Shown here in pieces: positions 1-8,743 of a DNA stretch of 64,000 nt. How positions within the stretch are numbered: the stretch's first letter is position 1; every line of letters starts with the position of its first letter. The notes below the pieces were generated by a model. It did no database searches. It worked only from the letters and a program-made list of their open reading frames with translations, and had not been told where the DNA came from. Source of the DNA: Truepera sp. (GTDB lineage Bacteria > Deinococcota > Deinococci > Deinococcales > Trueperaceae). The stretch spans positions 2,848,001 through 2,912,000 of the forward strand of contig CBDCKW010000009.1 in NCBI GenBank assembly GCA_965218435.1, in the 5' to 3' direction. The translations under genes were made by a program, and so were the position numbers.

Positions 1-1185
1 CTCGGCTTGAATGCCGATGTCGGCCAAGTACGAAGCAATGGCGGACGCGACCGGCTCAGCTGAGGGAAAATACGGGCGTGAGACGGGCATGTACCACATC
101 TGGGTCGAGAACCCGTCTGCGAAGCCAGCTTCGCTGAGGAGCTGTTTGGCCATCTCGGGGTCGTAACTGTAAGGCTTTAAGTCTTCGCTGTACCCGATTA
201 GACCCGGCGGGATAAACTGCGACGCGACCTGTGCGCCGTCACCAAAAAACGCCGTCACGACTTCGTTCCAGTCTACGGCGTGCGCGATAGCTTGCCGGAC
301 TTTGACGTTTTGCAGTGGCTTATTTCCCTGGTGCAACCCGATGTAACCGATGTTGAGGTTCGAGTCGGCTACAGCGGTCTCGAGGCTATCGTCATTTTCA
401 ATCGTCTGCGCGTCGTCGGGCGAGAGGTTGACAGCGATGTCAATGCTGCCCGCTTGGAGTTCAGCGAGGCGAGCGGTCGAGTCTTCGATGCCGCGAAACA
501 CGAGACGCTCAACGCCCGCGGGCTCACCCCAATAGTCAGGGTTGCGCTCTAGGGTGAGCTGACTGCCGTCTACCCATTCGACAAACTGGAATGGCCCGGT
601 CCCGACCGACCCGACCGCAGGCTGACCGTAGTCCGCCCCGGCTTTTTTGACCGCCGTGGGGCTGTGAATCCCGAAGTAAGACGACGACATCGCCGCAGGC
701 AAAAAGCCCATCGGTTTGGTGAGGTCGAGCTCAAGGGTCAGGTCATCAATCACCTTCGCGCCCTCGACGACCGCAGCGTCGTCGCCCTTAAAACCGCCGA
801 AAACGTAGCCCCACGCTTCGTAGATTTTGCCCTGGTCACGAAACCCATACTCGAAGTTCGGGTCGTTCCAGCGGTCGATGTTAAACTTGACGGCTTCAGC
901 GTTAAAGGGCGTGCCGTCTTGAAAGGTGACGCCTTTACGAAACTTAAAGGTCCAGACGGTGCCGTCGTCGTTTGACGACCACTCAGTCGCTAGGCCGGGT
1001 TGGAGGTCGGTGCCGCCGGGTTCGACGAAAACCAGGTTTTCAACGATCTGATACGCCGCTGTCAGCGAGTTACCGTCGGTCGCGTCGTCCAAGCTGACGG
1101 GTAGGCCGCTGCCACCAAAAACCAGCGTTTGGGCCGAGCCCAAGCCTAAGAAGAGCAAGAGGGTTACGATTAGCAGTTTCTTCAT
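1..1185 (-). CDS. ABC transporter peptide-binding protein (family 5 SBP), 3' end runs off the window
   Basis: Not in the ORF track. Reverse strand from ATG 1185 reads MKKLLIVTLLLFLGLGSAQTLVFGGSGLPVSLDD...PGLATEWSSNDDGTVWTFKFRKGVTFQDGTPFNAEAVKFNIDR, a family-5 signature. GGAGG RBS at 1190-1194. Confidence 0.9.
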   Translation of the reverse strand, partial: MKKLLIVTLLLFLGLGSAQTLVFGGSGLPVSLDDATDGNSLTAAYQIVENLVFVEPGGTDLQPGLATEWSSNDDGTVWTFKFRKGVTFQDGTPFNAEAVKFNIDRWNDPNFEYGFRDQGKIYEAWGYVFGGFKGDDAAVVEGAKVIDDLTLELDLTKPMGFLPAAMSSSYFGIHSPTAVKKAGADYGQPAVGSVGTGPFQFVEWVDGSQLTLERNPDYWGEPAGVERLVFRGIEDSTARLAELQAGSIDIAVNLSPDDAQTIENDDSLETAVADSNLNIGYIGLHQGNKPLQNVKVRQAIAHAVDWNEVVTAFFGDGAQVASQFIPPGLIGYSEDLKPYSYDPEMAKQLLSEAGFADGFSTQMWYMPVSRPYFPSAEPVASAIASYLADIGIQAE

Positions 1186-1411
1186 GTCACCTCCAAAAAT
1201 TACATCGGGGCGGCGTCGGGTCTTTCAGAGACCTAACCGTAAACCTGGCTACAACCCAACACCGCGCAATGCTCATCAAAGCTTAACATAAGGTCATCGC
1301 AAGCTCGTGAGGACAAATCTGGGAGAAGGTTTGAGTTTTGTCTTTGTGGTAGCCGAGAAGAAAAGAGCAAGGAGGCAGTAAATAGCTTGGTCTTAATGCT
1401 CAATTCCTGCT

Positions 1412-2125
1412 TTAGGCAGGAACTAGCACGCCCTGCTCGAGCCTAAACCGCCCGTCTACGCCTTTGACCAACCCCTCGTCGTGTGTGACCATTACCACGG
1501 CGCTCCCCTCTTCGCGGGCGAGCTGCGCCAACAGCGCGTACACGTCGGCGGCCGAAACACGGTCTAAACTGCCGGTCGGTTCGTCGGCCAAAATCACCTG
1601 CGGGCGGCTGTAGAGCGACCGGGCCACCGCGACCCGTTGCCGCTCACCCCCGGACAAGCGTTTAGGTAAAAACGTCGTACGTTCTGAAAGACCCACCCGC
1701 GCCAACAGCTCTTTCCCTCTCGCTTCGTCCGGCTTTCCACCAATACGCCCCGGCAAGGTCACGTTTTCTAAGACGGTGAGGTCCTCGAGGAGATAGTGCT
1801 GCTGAAACACGAGCCCTAACCGCTCCGCCCGTTTCGCCGCCAAGACCCGCTGCGGCAACGCGTCAATTCGGCGCTTACCCCAATAGATTTCTCCGGCTGT
1901 GGGCCGGTCTAACCCGCCGAGCAGGTGCAAAAGCGTGCTTTTTCCTGAACCCGAAGGTCCCAAAATGGCGATCACTTGCGCCGGATACACGCTCAGGTCA
2001 ACGCCCCGGAGAATCTCCAAGTTCGCCCCCGGCGTCGTAAACGTTCGGGTCAGCCCCGTGCAAGAGAGCGCCGCAACGCCCACAAAATCTGCGGGTGACG
2101 GTTGCAGCATTTGAGAACGGGTCAC
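1412..2125 (-). CDS. ABC transporter ATP-binding protein (LolD/MacB-like)
   Basis: Walker A GPSGSGKS, LSGGERQR signature, ILADEPTG. TATAGT 6 nt before the GTG (leaderless). Confidence 0.88.
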   Translation of the reverse strand: MTRSQMLQPSPADFVGVAALSCTGLTRTFTTPGANLEILRGVDLSVYPAQVIAILGPSGSGKSTLLHLLGGLDRPTAGEIYWGKRRIDALPQRVLAAKRAERLGLVFQQHYLLEDLTVLENVTLPGRIGGKPDEARGKELLARVGLSERTTFLPKRLSGGERQRVAVARSLYSRPQVILADEPTGSLDRVSAADVYALLAQLAREEGSAVVMVTHDEGLVKGVDGRFRLEQGVLVPA

Positions 2126-2352
2126 GCCGCTACTATACCGCTGACCCTACCGACTTCTGCGTCGCACCTGACCTGCTTTTGTAGCGGCGCTCAACCAGGC
2201 AAACGTCAAAAAGGTCACCTGTAACGAGCGTCTAAACGTCTACTGTAGAACCCTTGGCTACGGAGCCGCTTGCGAAACATTTGTAAGACGGTTGTAAGAC
2301 TTCTGTCAGAGAGGAGGCGTCATAGTGGTCATGAGCACCCAGGAGGTCTCTC

Positions 2353-3294
2353 GTGAACGGGGTCATGAGTAAAACCGAAAAAGAAACGATACAAACGCCC
2401 TCAGGCTTGACGATTCGGCGTCAGGGTGAGGCTCTGGAGACAGTTAGCTCGAAGGCTGGCTTGTTTAGGCTTCTGGTCTCTCATTCACGCTCTGAAATAA
2501 CCGAAATAAACCTCAATGAAGGGAGTCGGTTCATAATTACACCCGCTGACTCAGTAGTTGAAACGTTTTATGTACTTTCAGGGCAACTAATCAGTGAGCA
2601 ATTTGGAAACCATGATTTTATCAATCAGGACAACTATATAGTCACTGAGAAGCTTTCAGAAGATTGTATATTCACAGCGTCTACAGATACGAGGCTGTTA
2701 CACATTACAGAAAGGCCACAGTTTCATACCTTTAGCGAGGACATAGGCCAACTCAGAGAGCTTGCAGTCGAAGTAGAAGTTAAAGACGGCTACACCGCAG
2801 ACCACTGTGAAAGGCTGCAAAATCTGTCTTATGCTACTGGCCAAGAACTCGGACTGAGTCCGGCAAACTTATATCTTCTAGATATTGGGGCTTATCTTCA
2901 CGACGTAGGCAAGATACGTGTGCCGCTCTCTATCTTAAATAAACCCGCTAAACTGACTCCTAAAGAATGGGAGATAATTAAACAGCACCCTCTATATGGC
3001 CGTGAGCTTTTGGACCAAACGTTTATGAGAGAAGCGAGTACAATTGTAGAGCAACACCATGAACGCTTGGATGGTAGCGGATACCCCTATGGGTTATCTG
3101 GTAGTGAGTTACTGGTTGAAGCCTCTATCGTTGCGGTAGCTGATACGTTTGACGCCATGACGACAAACCGCCCATACCATAAGGCAGCAACACAGGCCGA
3201 GGCACTTGCTGAAATTTGCAGATGCGTAGGAATTCACTATCCTAAAGAAGTCGTCAAGGCTTTCTATTCGGCATTGAGAGCGGGTAAGATATAG
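2353..3294 (+). CDS. Cupin-like N-terminal domain + HD-GYP cyclic-dinucleotide phosphodiesterase
   Basis: HDVGK and HHERLDGSGYPYGL motifs. N-terminal beta-rich segment (ETFYVLSG) is cupin-like. Visibly more AT-rich than the flanks. Confidence 0.85.
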   Translation: MNGVMSKTEKETIQTPSGLTIRRQGEALETVSSKAGLFRLLVSHSRSEITEINLNEGSRFIITPADSVVETFYVLSGQLISEQFGNHDFINQDNYIVTEKLSEDCIFTASTDTRLLHITERPQFHTFSEDIGQLRELAVEVEVKDGYTADHCERLQNLSYATGQELGLSPANLYLLDIGAYLHDVGKIRVPLSILNKPAKLTPKEWEIIKQHPLYGRELLDQTFMREASTIVEQHHERLDGSGYPYGLSGSELLVEASIVAVADTFDAMTTNRPYHKAATQAEALAEICRCVGIHYPKEVVKAFYSALRAGKI

Positions 3295-3365
3295 AAGAGA
3301 AAAGAAATAGCAGCCTCTCTTATATCTATGGTTTACACTAGCGACCATTTTGAGGAAGTGTATGT

Positions 3366-3427
3366 CGTGAAATGTGCCACTTTTCGTATCGTATGATATT
3401 GACGTGAGACTTCTATTCATATAGACT
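3366..3427 (+). promoter_or_regulatory. Sigma70-type promoter TTGACG-N17-TAGACT with an upstream Crp-like box
   Basis: -35 at 3399-3404, -10 at 3422-3427. CGTGA-N6-CCACT at 3366-3381 is centred about 61-62 nt upstream of the expected +1. Confidence 0.55.
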
Positions 3428-3506
3428 TGCCCCAAGAAGGCAAACGCCAGAGTGTCTTCTTCAAGAGCGTTACTCGACGTTCTACTCAAAAGTATAGGGG
3501 TGAAAA

Positions 3507-3551
3507 ATGGTCCGAAAAGTCGTTTGCGAAGGCTTCAAAGTCACCAAATAA
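3507..3551 (+). CDS. Putative 14-aa micropeptide MVRKVVCEGFKVTK
   Basis: RBS AGGGGTGA just upstream, own promoter upstream, terminator directly downstream. Confidence 0.55.
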   Translation: MVRKVVCEGFKVTK

Positions 3552-3570
3552 GTAGTTCTCCGTCGTAAAG

Positions 3571-3603
3571 AGCAGACTGTGCATATCTCCAGTCTGCTTT
3601 TTT
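3571..3603 (+). terminator. Rho-independent terminator
   Basis: AGCAGACTG-N10-CAGTCTGCT followed by a T run. Confidence 0.8.
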
Positions 3604-3913
3604 GTTGCCTTTACGCCGTCAGCCTCGAGTAAGAATCTTGTAAGAGCCCTTGGTTTATCTTCTGTTCATAAGGCGCATCCGGACCATGCGCTTTACGCCC
3701 CTGCACGGTGACTCTGGCGATGAACCGTGTGGGGCACCCCTGTTTGTCCTCTCTTTGTCGTTGTTTCAGCTGCCAAACCACCCCTAATAACGTTCGTAAA
3801 CACGCGGTTTATGGGCTGAAAGTGTAGCTCAGCACCTCTGCAAAACTTCTCATATGGTGTGGTAGGCTTTTCTCTAATGAAGCGTTTAGGTTTCTCTTTT
3901 AGCGGGGCCGCTC

Positions 3914-4606
3914 GTGGCTGAACTCGAGCAGTTTCTCGTCCAAGTTCCGCTCTTTAACGGTGCGCCGCAGCGGGCGCTTGAAATTGCCGCTCAAGCTTTG
4001 CAGCCTCGCACCTTTCCACCTGACACCGTGCTCTTTCAGGAGGGCGACCAAGGCGAAGTCCTATATATTCTCAACAAAGGTATCGTCAAACTCTTTAAGA
4101 TTGACTTAGAAGGTCACGAAAAAACGCTCGCCATCCTTAAACCACCCGAATTTTTCGGTGAGATGGCGCTGTTAGGTGAGCAGGGCCGGAGCGCCACCGC
4201 GCTCTCAATCCGCGAAACGCTCGTCTATTTGCTGTTCAAAGACGATTTTCAGCGGCTCCTAAAAGAGTATCCGAGCATCAGTATGAACGTTGCCAATACG
4301 CTTTCACAGCGGCTTTACGGAGCCAACGACGAGGCGCAAGTCTTGTCGTATAAAGATGCGCAGGGGCGCGTGGCGTATGTGATTTTGCGGCTCTATTGGG
4401 GCGGCCTGATTGACTTTAACGACGAAGGCAAGGCGCTCTTACGGCTGACCCACCAAGAACTCGCCAGCCTCGCCGGAACGAGCCGCGAGACGGTGACGCG
4501 GGCGCTTAAAGCTTTGGAAGAAGAGCACGTGATCAGTACGCGGCCTAAAGAGGTCTTGATCCAAGACCCCGAGGGCTTAGAGGAGATCTTGCACGGCGTT
4601 CGCTGA
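3914..4606 (+). CDS. Crp/Fnr-family transcriptional regulator
   Basis: cNMP pocket FFGEMALLGEQGRSATA. Crp-type HTH LTHQELASLAGTSRETVTRAL. Confidence 0.92.
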   Translation: MAELEQFLVQVPLFNGAPQRALEIAAQALQPRTFPPDTVLFQEGDQGEVLYILNKGIVKLFKIDLEGHEKTLAILKPPEFFGEMALLGEQGRSATALSIRETLVYLLFKDDFQRLLKEYPSISMNVANTLSQRLYGANDEAQVLSYKDAQGRVAYVILRLYWGGLIDFNDEGKALLRLTHQELASLAGTSRETVTRALKALEEEHVISTRPKEVLIQDPEGLEEILHGVR

Positions 4607-4670
4607 TTCTGCAACCCTCGAGGCGTTTCAAGCTGTTCCATCGCCCAAAGGCCGCGAGCACCTAGCAGCG

Positions 4671-5900
4671 ATGCAGCTCGCGGGCCGCGACATCAACCGA
4701 GCCGTTTCTGAGCTGTATGAGGTCTACGGCCCGGTGTTCGCCTTTGGTGTGGGGCCGGTGCGTTTTATCTGGTTGGTCGGGCCGGAGGCGAACAAGTTCG
4801 TCTTGGAGGACGCCGCCGAACACTTTCAACTCGGTCCGGCTTACGGGTTTTTACGCACCATCGGCGGCGACACCGCGCTGATTACCAGCGATGAACCCGA
4901 GCATTTGCGGCGGCGGCGGCTCGTCCAACCCGCGTTTCACCGCTCGCGTTTGGCGCTGCTAGATACGCTGTTGCAGACACGACTTACGGAGCTGTTTGAA
5001 AGCTGGGTCGGGCGCAGCGTAGACCTCTACCAAGAGGTGCAGGGACGGGTGCTCGCCATCATCTGCGAGGTGCTGTTGGGGCAGGCGGCGCTTACGACCC
5101 CTCTGACCGCCGACATCGCCCGGATGATGCGTTACGCCAACCTGCCGTTTCAGTTCCAGCTCGTCAAACTGCGCGTGCCCGGTAGCCCGTGGGCGAAGTT
5201 TTTAGCAGCCAGAAACCGCGCCGACGCCGCTATCTACCGTGAAATTGCGCGGCGGCGTAAAAGCGGCGACGTTGGTGACGACGTACTCGGCCTGCTCTTA
5301 GAAGCGCGTGATGAGACCGGGCAGGGCCTCAGCGAGGTTGAGATGCGCGACCAAGCGATCAGTCTGGTTTCCGCCGGTTTCGATACGACGAGCGCGGCGC
5401 TGACGTGGGCGGCCTATGAGTTGCACCGGCAACCTGAACTGTTAGCTGAGTTGCGAACCAAACTTTCAGGTACAGCCGAACCGCCACTACTTGCGCAGAC
5501 CATCAAAGAGACGCTGCGCCTCTACCCACCGGCCCCCGCAGGATTACGGCAGACGACGAGAGATTTAACCTTTGGCGGCTATCACCTTCCGGCGGGGCAC
5601 CGAGCCGCATTTTCGATCTACGCGTCGCACCGTTTGGCGTCGGTTTACCCGGAACCGCTGCGGTTTCACCCACAACGTTGGGAGACGTTTTCACCGTCGC
5701 CCCACAGTTATCTACCTTTTGGTAACGGCGCACGTTACTGCATCGGCTCAGGTTTGGCGACCAGGATTTTGACGTTGGGACTGGGAAAACTCGTGCGAGA
5801 TTACACGCTGACGCCGCTCCGGACTGAACCTGTCCAAGAGGCCGGGAACACGCTGCATCCGCGTGGCGGTTTGCCGGTCAGGGTTGAACGGGTGGGCTGA
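4671..5900 (+). CDS. Cytochrome P450
   Basis: AGFDTT I-helix, ETLR K-helix, heme motif PFGNGARYCIG. Confidence 0.93.
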   Translation: MQLAGRDINRAVSELYEVYGPVFAFGVGPVRFIWLVGPEANKFVLEDAAEHFQLGPAYGFLRTIGGDTALITSDEPEHLRRRRLVQPAFHRSRLALLDTLLQTRLTELFESWVGRSVDLYQEVQGRVLAIICEVLLGQAALTTPLTADIARMMRYANLPFQFQLVKLRVPGSPWAKFLAARNRADAAIYREIARRRKSGDVGDDVLGLLLEARDETGQGLSEVEMRDQAISLVSAGFDTTSAALTWAAYELHRQPELLAELRTKLSGTAEPPLLAQTIKETLRLYPPAPAGLRQTTRDLTFGGYHLPAGHRAAFSIYASHRLASVYPEPLRFHPQRWETFSPSPHSYLPFGNGARYCIGSGLATRILTLGLGKLVRDYTLTPLRTEPVQEAGNTLHPRGGLPVRVERVG

Positions 5901-6540
5901 GACGCGCCGAAAGCTGAGTCTCGAGTCCACGTTTCACTTCGGGCCAGTCGGAGTAGATTACCGAAAAGAGCAGCGTATCGCGGATATGCCCGTCTTTCAT
6001 CACGCGTTCGGCGCGCATCGTGCCCTCAAAAACCGCGCCCAACTTGCGAATCGCCCTTTCAGAACGGGTGTTCCGGGCGTCGGTATAGAAGTAGACGCGT
6101 AACAAGTCGAGGGTTTCAAAGGCGTAGGTAAGCATGAGGTATTTGCTCTCTAAGTTGACCGCGGTTCCCTGTGCAGAAGGCGCAAGCCAGGTAAAACCCA
6201 ACTCACAGTTGCGGTTGGCAGTGTTGAGACTCGAGTACCGGCTCGTTCCGACGATTTGACCGTCTACGAGCAGCACGAACGGGTAGGCTGTACCCGCGTC
6301 GCGTTCACGAAAGGCCCTGGCAAAATAGGCTTCGGCTTCGGCGGCGGTTGTCGGCGTTGAGGTGAAGCGGTACACTTCCGGGTTCGCTGTGGCAATCTCT
6401 AAGAGCGGCCCCAAGTGCTCTTCACCTAACGGCTCAAGCCTCACCACCTGACCTCGTAACACGAGGGGATGCTGAACCGGTAAGCTGCTAGACAACCCGG
6501 ACTCAACCAACCTGCAAATCTGCCTTGGGCAGCGTGGCAA
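5878..6540 (-). CDS. GNAT N-acetyltransferase (RimJ/RimL-like); true start probably slightly downstream
   Basis: ELGFTWL...QGTAVN, NTRSERAIRKLGAVFEG. Confidence 0.85.
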   Translation of the reverse strand: MPRCPRQICRLVESGLSSSLPVQHPLVLRGQVVRLEPLGEEHLGPLLEIATANPEVYRFTSTPTTAAEAEAYFARAFRERDAGTAYPFVLLVDGQIVGTSRYSSLNTANRNCELGFTWLAPSAQGTAVNLESKYLMLTYAFETLDLLRVYFYTDARNTRSERAIRKLGAVFEGTMRAERVMKDGHIRDTLLFSVIYSDWPEVKRGLETQLSARLSPPVQP

Positions 6541-7180
6541 CGTCAGACTCTAGCGGTTGCGCGGCGAGGTCGAGGTCGAGCGGGACGATCTCCGCGTGTT
6601 CAATCGGGCGCTGCACGCCGAGCATACTGCTGATCACGACCGCGTGCGAGACGACGATTAGACTATCTAAATGCTTGTAACGCCGCAGCACGTTCAGCAC
6701 GCGTTCACGCACCTCTTCGACGCTCTCCCAACTCCGCGCTTCAGGGGGCGGCGGTTGTCGCTCAGCGACCGGTACACGCCGATCCTCCGAAGGTTTGTAC
6801 GCCGCTCGGCTCCGGGTACGCCGGTCTGCAAACGGAATAAAACCCGTGTAGTAAGAGAGCTGCTGATTGGCGTGGCGGATGATGTCGTCGTCCATCTCAC
6901 CGAGGGGGTCTTTTTGCGGTAGCCACTCGTGCAGGTCGTATTCGACGTGCAGGGGTTTGTCGAGCGCCCGCGAAAGCCGCGCCGCCGACTCTAAAGCCCG
7001 CGCGTAAGACGAACTGAGGATGCCCTGGGCCGCTTCTAACCGGTAATCGCTGGCGATCACGTCAATCTGCACGCGGCCTTTAGGGGTTAAGGGCGCAAAT
7101 GAGCGCGCCCAGCCGCGTACGCCGCGCGTCTCGAGCGCATCCCAATCAGTTTCACCATGACGGATAAAAAAAAGTTTCAT
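6503..7180 (-). CDS. Histidine phosphatase family protein
   Basis: N-terminal RHGET motif, SSYARALESA, C-terminal VSHA. Confidence 0.85.
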   Translation of the reverse strand: MKLFFIRHGETDWDALETRGVRGWARSFAPLTPKGRVQIDVIASDYRLEAAQGILSSSYARALESAARLSRALDKPLHVEYDLHEWLPQKDPLGEMDDDIIRHANQQLSYYTGFIPFADRRTRSRAAYKPSEDRRVPVAERQPPPPEARSWESVEEVRERVLNVLRRYKHLDSLIVVSHAVVISSMLGVQRPIEHAEIVPLDLDLAAQPLESDVATLPKADLQVG

Positions 7181-7276
7181 GTCACATGCCTTTGGAGCGT
7201 ACTCCAGGAGAAGTTAGACGCGCCAGCATGGTCCAGATTAGCATAAGGCTGCGGCTGGCAACAGTCATCAAGAAAT

Positions 7277-7450
7277 AGCGAGGCAACATCGTATATTGTC
7301 TGGTGCATTGCGTCTCGAGGGGCCCCGGCGCCTCCCTTTCGCAGTCGTCGAGTTGTGGGTGCAGCCTGACAAACAGTAGGGCTCAGGCAACGAACAGTTG
7401 CAGCGTAGCAAGCCTCGGGGCAGACGAATATACGATGCTTAACTTTCGCT
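7277..7450. other. Intergenic element closed by a long inverted repeat (structured RNA or MITE-like)
   Basis: CATCGTATATTGTCTG (7287-7302) pairs with CAGACGAATATACGATG (7421-7437) with one bulge. Internal hairpins GCCTGA..TCAGGC and GCAAC..GTTGC. Confidence 0.45.
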
Positions 7451-7615
7451 CCGGTAGCCTTGATCTTTTACTCAGCGAGTGCTTGGGTTGCAAGTCTTGA
7501 TAGAAGCAGAGGAACGTTTTGCGTGCATGTTTTTGAGGTTTGAACCTGACTCTACCGATCAGTATTACGCTTATATAATGCTGTGACAGGGCGCAATCTG
7601 TACTACCATAGACGG

Positions 7616-8548
7616 GTGCAAACACTAGACAGTTTTTACCGACGCGCGGTGCTTTCGGTGGCCGACGCACCGCCCATCACCAAGTTTATCAAGCAGCGAG
7701 GATTTAATCTGGGCGTCTCGAGGTTTGTCGCCGGTGAACAGCTGCCCGAAGTTCTAGGGGCGGTGCGGGCGCTCCGTCAGGACGGCTTGGAAAGTATCCT
7801 CGACCTGTTGGGCGAATTTGTTGACACCGAAGCGGGCGCGGCGGCGATGACCGAGGAGGTTTTGGCGACGTTGGAGGCCCTCAGGGGCGTCCCCGGCGAA
7901 CCCTACATGAGCGTCAAACCGACCCAGCTCGGGCTCGGCGTCAGCTTTGAGCTCGGCCTGCAGAACGCCACCAAGGTGGCTGAGAAGGCTAGAGACATCG
8001 GCGCACGGCTCTGTTTAGACATGGAAAACGTCCCTTATGTAGACGGGACTTTAGAGCTTTTCGGTGCGCTACAAGACAAGGGTTATAGCCACGTCTCGAC
8101 GGTGCTGCAGAGTTATTTATACCGGACGATGGACGACCTCGAGGCTCTGTTAGAACGCACGCCCAAACCCACGCTGCGAATCGTCAAGGGGGCGTACCGT
8201 GAGAGCGAAGGGGTCGCCTATCAGAACAAAGCGAAAGTAGACGAAACCTACCGGGAGCTGGTCTACCGAGGGCTCGAGGGCGGCGCTCAAATCGGGGTGG
8301 CGACCCACGACGAGAGTATCTTGAGCGAAGTCGAAGCGTTCGTACGCGGGGCCGGAATAGGGCCGGAGCGTTACGAGTTCCAGTTTTTGTACGGCGTCAA
8401 ACCGGCGCTGCAGCGCCGCCTGGTCGCCAAAGGTCACCGGGTGCGTATCTATATCCCCTACGGTCACGACTGGTACGGTTACTTCAGCCGCCGTTTGGCC
8501 GAACGCCCCGCCAACTTGCTCTTTGTGGTACGCGGCCTTTTTGGTTAG
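7616..8548 (+). CDS. Monofunctional proline dehydrogenase
   Basis: SVKPTQLGL, DME, RIVKGAY, VATHD, YIPYG, YFSRRLAERPAN. TACCAT 6 nt before GTG 7616. Confidence 0.93.
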   Translation: MQTLDSFYRRAVLSVADAPPITKFIKQRGFNLGVSRFVAGEQLPEVLGAVRALRQDGLESILDLLGEFVDTEAGAAAMTEEVLATLEALRGVPGEPYMSVKPTQLGLGVSFELGLQNATKVAEKARDIGARLCLDMENVPYVDGTLELFGALQDKGYSHVSTVLQSYLYRTMDDLEALLERTPKPTLRIVKGAYRESEGVAYQNKAKVDETYRELVYRGLEGGAQIGVATHDESILSEVEAFVRGAGIGPERYEFQFLYGVKPALQRRLVAKGHRVRIYIPYGHDWYGYFSRRLAERPANLLFVVRGLFG

Positions 8549-8743
8549 ACACAGTTGCCGCGCAGCTGAAGGTTGAAGTGAACGCTTTCGGTTTACAAAC
8601 TTCCGGTTGTAGTCTGACTTCTAGATTCTCTATGCCAATCTAGAGAAGCGTCTTATAGCTGACACCTAAGCGTTCACAAAACTGAGTACAGTCGTATTTG
8701 AGTATAGTTGTGCATATATACAGCAGCCATGTTAAGGAGCGTT

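Noticed and set aside
280..975. Plus-strand ORFs 280..552, 350..535 and 664..975
   Set aside because: Antisense shadows of the minus-strand ABC substrate-binding gene (1-1185).
3436..3470. GGCAAAC-containing hairpin next to an HD-GYP gene as a c-di-GMP-I riboswitch
   Set aside because: The GNRA tetraloop/receptor and second stem of the GEMM motif are not present.
3507..5900. 14-aa peptide plus P450 as a P450-crosslinked RiPP cluster
   Set aside because: The peptide has a single aromatic residue and is separated from the P450 by a terminator and the Crp gene.
7277..7450. Cobalamin riboswitch or 6S RNA
   Set aside because: No B12-box consensus on either strand, and the interior is multi-branched rather than a rod with a central bubble. 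Kept only as an unassigned structure.
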